Assembly: GCA_963716725.1 (NCBI GenBank)
Contig: CAVQUB010000012.1
Location: forward strand, 224,001 to 288,000
Source: an uncultured delta proteobacterium
GTDB lineage: Bacteria > Myxococcota_A > Polyangia > Polyangiales > Polyangiaceae
Length of the DNA stretch: 64,000 nt
Direction of reading: 5' to 3'
Under the pieces are notes generated by a model. It was not told where the DNA came from. It saw only the letters and a list, made by a program, of their open reading frames with translations, and made no database searches. The translations under genes and the position numbers were made by a program. This document shows, in pieces, positions 60,872-64,000 of the stretch (position 1 is the stretch's first letter; every line of letters begins with the position of its first letter).

Positions 60872-62416
60872 ATGAACGTCGAGCTGCCCGAGAAGCTCAA
60901 CATCGCTGACCGCTTCCTGTTCGAGCGGGTCCGGGAAGGCCGCGGCGACAAGATTGCGCTGATCGCCGGCGACCGGCGGCTGACCTACGCGGAGGTAGAG
61001 CAGGGCGCGAATCGCTTTGCCAATCTGCTGAAGGAGCTCGGCGTCGACCCCGAGCAGCGCGTCTTGATCGCGCTGCCGGATATCCCGGAGTTCGTTCTCG
61101 CGCTTTTCGGCACCCTGGCCAACGGCTCCGCCGTGGTGATGGTGAACTCGCTGCTCAAGGCCGACGAGATCGCCTACTTCTACGAGTACACCCGGGCGAA
61201 GGTCGCGGTGGTGCACGCCGATCACGCCGAAGCGTTCCTCGCAGCCGGCGTCGGCGCCCGCGACCTGAGGCAGGTGCTCGTGGTGGGCGGCGCTCCGGGC
61301 TCCGGCAAGGCGCGTTCGTTCGAGGAGCTGCTCGCGGCCAGCAGCGATCGCCACGAGACCTACCCGACCCACCGCGACGATCCGGCCATCTGGTTGTTCT
61401 CGGGGGGAACCACCGGGCGCCCGAAGGCCGTGCTCCAGACCCACGGGTCATTCGCAAATACCACGGAACTCTACGCCAAGGGCGTGCTGGGCTACTCCGC
61501 GAGCGACATCACCCTCAGCGTGCCCAAGCTCTATTTTGGCTACGCGACCGGCTCGAACCTGCTGTTCCCGTTCTCGGTCGGCGGGGCGAGCATCCTGTTT
61601 CCGGAACGCTGTACCGCGGACCTGCTCTTCGAACAGATCCGCCGCCATCGGCCGACGATTCTGATCAACGTGCCGACCATGGTGAACAGCATGGTGAGCC
61701 ACGCGGCGGCCAGCGCGCAGGATCTGTCTTGCCTGCGCATCGCGACGTCGGCCGGAGAGGCGCTGCCGGTCGACCTGTACGATCGTTGGAAGAGCACCTT
61801 CGGCGTCGAGTTGCTGGACGGGCTCGGTACCGCGGAGATGTGGCACGTGTTTCTGACGAACCGGCCGGGTGACGTCGCCCCGGGCACCCTTGGCAAGGTC
61901 GTGCCGGGCTTCGATGTGCGCGTGCGCGACGACGACGGTCGCGACCTGCCCGATGGCGAGGTCGGTTGGCTGTGGGTGCGCGGCGGGTCGCGCGCCATTG
62001 CGTACTGGCAGAACATGGAGAAGACGCAGTCTGCCTTCCGCGGCGAGTGGTACGTCTCCGGCGACATGGTCCGCCGCGATGCTCGAGGGAACTTCGTCTA
62101 CTGCGGGCGCGGCGACGACATGCTGAAGGTGGGCGGCAAGTGGCTCTCTCCGGGCGAGGTCGAGAACTGCCTGTCGGCGCATCCGGCGGTCAAGGAGGTC
62201 GCGGTCGTGGGCGTCCCCGACGAGAACGGCTTGGTCAAGCCCCACGCCTACGTCACGGTGCACGAACAGAGCGGAGGCCTCGGCGACGAGTTGCGGGCCT
62301 GGGTGCGCGGGAAGCTCGAGCCGTACAAGGCGCCGCGCGAGATCATCTTCGTCGAGTCGATGCCGCGCACGCACCTCGGCAAAATCGATCGCGGGCTCTT
62401 GCGCCGCGGGAGTTGA
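60872..62416 (+). CDS. Benzoate-CoA ligase family acyl-CoA synthetase
   Basis: FSGGTTGRPK, SAGEALP, DGLGTAEMWH, GRGDDMLKVGG, GKIDR. Confidence 0.88.
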   Translation: MNVELPEKLNIADRFLFERVREGRGDKIALIAGDRRLTYAEVEQGANRFANLLKELGVDPEQRVLIALPDIPEFVLALFGTLANGSAVVMVNSLLKADEIAYFYEYTRAKVAVVHADHAEAFLAAGVGARDLRQVLVVGGAPGSGKARSFEELLAASSDRHETYPTHRDDPAIWLFSGGTTGRPKAVLQTHGSFANTTELYAKGVLGYSASDITLSVPKLYFGYATGSNLLFPFSVGGASILFPERCTADLLFEQIRRHRPTILINVPTMVNSMVSHAAASAQDLSCLRIATSAGEALPVDLYDRWKSTFGVELLDGLGTAEMWHVFLTNRPGDVAPGTLGKVVPGFDVRVRDDDGRDLPDGEVGWLWVRGGSRAIAYWQNMEKTQSAFRGEWYVSGDMVRRDARGNFVYCGRGDDMLKVGGKWLSPGEVENCLSAHPAVKEVAVVGVPDENGLVKPHAYVTVHEQSGGLGDELRAWVRGKLEPYKAPREIIFVESMPRTHLGKIDRGLLRRGS

Positions 62417-62419
62417 GCC

Positions 62420-62794
62420 ATGCCCCGGCTGATTCATCACATCGCGATCGGTGTTCGTGACGTCGAGAGGGTGGCGCGTTTTTACCGTGAGGCATTCGGA
62501 CTCCCGGAGGTCGCGCGACACTTCACCCAGACTGGCGCCCTACGTTCCATCTGGCTCGACAGCGGTCAGACTATCGTGATGGTCGAACGGACCGAAGAGC
62601 CGGCGCGCGAGGTGGCTGGCGTAGGGGTCGGGCCGTTCTTGCTCGCGTTCAGCGTCGAGGCTTCCGAGCGCGAGGCGCTCGAACGCGCACTGGAGCGCGC
62701 GGGTGCCGTCGTCGAACAACGCACCGAGCACAGCTCTTACGCGCGGGATCCCGAAGGCAACCGCGTCGCGATCAGCCACTATCCGAGGCCCTGA
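62420..62794 (+). CDS. VOC/glyoxalase family protein
   Basis: IHHIAIGVRDVERVARFY, RDPEGN. Confidence 0.85.
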   Translation: MPRLIHHIAIGVRDVERVARFYREAFGLPEVARHFTQTGALRSIWLDSGQTIVMVERTEEPAREVAGVGVGPFLLAFSVEASEREALERALERAGAVVEQRTEHSSYARDPEGNRVAISHYPRP

Positions 62795-63201
62795 TGGAAA
62801 AGGATCTCAGCGAACTCAACCTGCTCTCGATCTTCTTCTTCGTGATGGCCGCGCTGGCTGCGCTGGCGGGATCGATTCCGGTGGTGCACCTGACCATCGG
62901 ACTGAAGATGGTCTACGACCCGGCGTTCTTGGGGGGTGGGGGCGCCGCGCCGCCCTTCAATCCCGGTTGGGTCTTCGTGGGGGTAGGCGCGCTGATGATC
63001 GTGGTCGGCTGGAGCATGGCGTTCTTGATGGTCTTCACCGGGCTCTCGCTGCGTTCGCAACGCCGGTACTGGCTGTGCTTCGTGGTGGCCTGCATGATTT
63101 GTTTGAACGTGCCCCTGGGCACGGCGCTCGGCGTCTTCACGATCTTGGTGCTCAACCGCGCGTCCGTGAAGGCGCGCTTCGGAGTGGGGCAAGTCGGATA
63201 G
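62794..63201 (+). CDS. Integral membrane protein
   Basis: Multiple TM helices, PLGTALGVFTILVLNRASVKARF; TGATG coupling. Confidence 0.75.
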   Translation: MEKDLSELNLLSIFFFVMAALAALAGSIPVVHLTIGLKMVYDPAFLGGGGAAPPFNPGWVFVGVGALMIVVGWSMAFLMVFTGLSLRSQRRYWLCFVVACMICLNVPLGTALGVFTILVLNRASVKARFGVGQVG

Positions 63202-63209
63202 CAGTCTGG

Positions 63210-64000
63210 CTACTTCGAGCCGAAATCCGGGTTCGGCGGCGCCTTTGTCTTCTTCTGTGGCATCGGCTCCTTCTGCTGCTCGAAGTCGATGGAGGAACCC
63301 TTCTCGGGCGCCAGCTTCTTGATCTCGGGCGGCGGGGGCTTCGGTGGGGAGATTGGCTCGAAGCTGTTGCCCTTCATGGGCGCTGTATTTTGCGGCGCAG
63401 GTGCGGGCGGCGCGGCGCTCGACGATGGTTCTGACGGTGGCACGGCGCTGGGCGCCGGCGCGAGGCCGCGTGCCGCGGCGGCGCGGGCTTCTTGGATCGC
63501 CGTCGCCTGGTCGCCCACGGGATCGATGGCCTTCGCTCGGTCCAGCCCTTCGATGCACTTCACGAATTCTCCGGATTGGCAGCCCTCGAGGGCGACGCGG
63601 CGAAGTTCGCGGACCTTTTCGTCAGGCGGAACCTCCCGCGCGATCTCTTCGGGGATCGCCTGGTCGCGAGTCTGGAGCCACGCCCAAATCGCCAGGCCGG
63701 CCAACGTGATCGTGGCGGCCGCAGCCAACTGCGCGGCCCAGCGCGAGCGGAAGTATTTGCGCATGCGCGACACACGCTGCCGTACCCGCGGCGCGGGCAG
63801 CTCGGCTTCCTCGGCGATGTGCTCGAGCTTCTCGCCGTCGCCTTCACGCAACATCCACTCCAACGTGCTCTTGGCGTCGTCGGCCTCGGGCAGCTCTTCT
63901 TCTGCCCAGCGCAACAGATCGCGCGCGCTCATCGGTGCGCTCTCCGCGGCTGCCTCGTCGGCGACTCGTTCTCGGGGCAGCTCCCTGCCGCCGCGCCGGT
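63210..64000 (-). CDS. Sigma-factor-like (region 4 HTH) protein fused to TM and Cys/Pro-rich tail; 5' end outside window
   Basis: Frame open to the window edge (RRGGRELP...); GEKLEHIAEEAELPAPRVRQRVSRMR; TM; TPR-like CIEGLDRAKAIDP. Confidence 0.65.
   Translation of the reverse strand, partial: RRGGRELPRERVADEAAAESAPMSARDLLRWAEEELPEADDAKSTLEWMLREGDGEKLEHIAEEAELPAPRVRQRVSRMRKYFRSRWAAQLAAAATITLAGLAIWAWLQTRDQAIPEEIAREVPPDEKVRELRRVALEGCQSGEFVKCIEGLDRAKAIDPVGDQATAIQEARAAAARGLAPAPSAVPPSEPSSSAAPPAPAPQNTAPMKGNSFEPISPPKPPPPEIKKLAPEKGSSIDFEQQKEPMPQKKTKAPPNPDFGSK

Overview
High-GC bacterial chromosomal segment with about 53 genes. Gene content (Ser/Thr kinase plus TPR/PEGA partner, many Cys-rich lipoproteins, a MYXO-CTERM-like tail) points to Myxococcota, probably Polyangiales-like; this is inferred. 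Recognisable metabolic genes: serB (one frameshift), sucA-sucB-lpdA, fadI-fadJ, an acyl-CoA dehydrogenase, pgi, a CorA-family transporter, a GMC oxidoreductase pair, an aldehyde dehydrogenase and a benzoate-CoA-ligase-family enzyme. A two-gene BadF/BcrAD-type 2-hydroxyacyl-CoA dehydratase activator locus has dense frameshifts, most likely a consensus artefact, and is divergent from a TetR gene with candidate operators. No rRNA, tRNA, CRISPR array or mobile element was seen. The most interesting content is a set of uncharacterised exported proteins: (1) a coupled lipoprotein pair in which one gene has a MACPF/stonustoxin-like motif plus an 8-Cys helical domain and the next encodes that domain alone; (2) a lipoprotein with Fam20C-like kinase motifs; (3) a permuted papain-like lipoprotein ending in a somatomedin-B-like domain; (4) a surface protein with mirror-symmetric Cys spacing; (5) a trypsin-like protease with three unrecognised repeats. 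Two regulators also stand out: an XRE-HTH/degenerate P-loop protein under a structured AT-richer leader, and a sigma-factor-like protein fused to a TM helix. All family assignments come from motif recognition by eye; no database searches were run.
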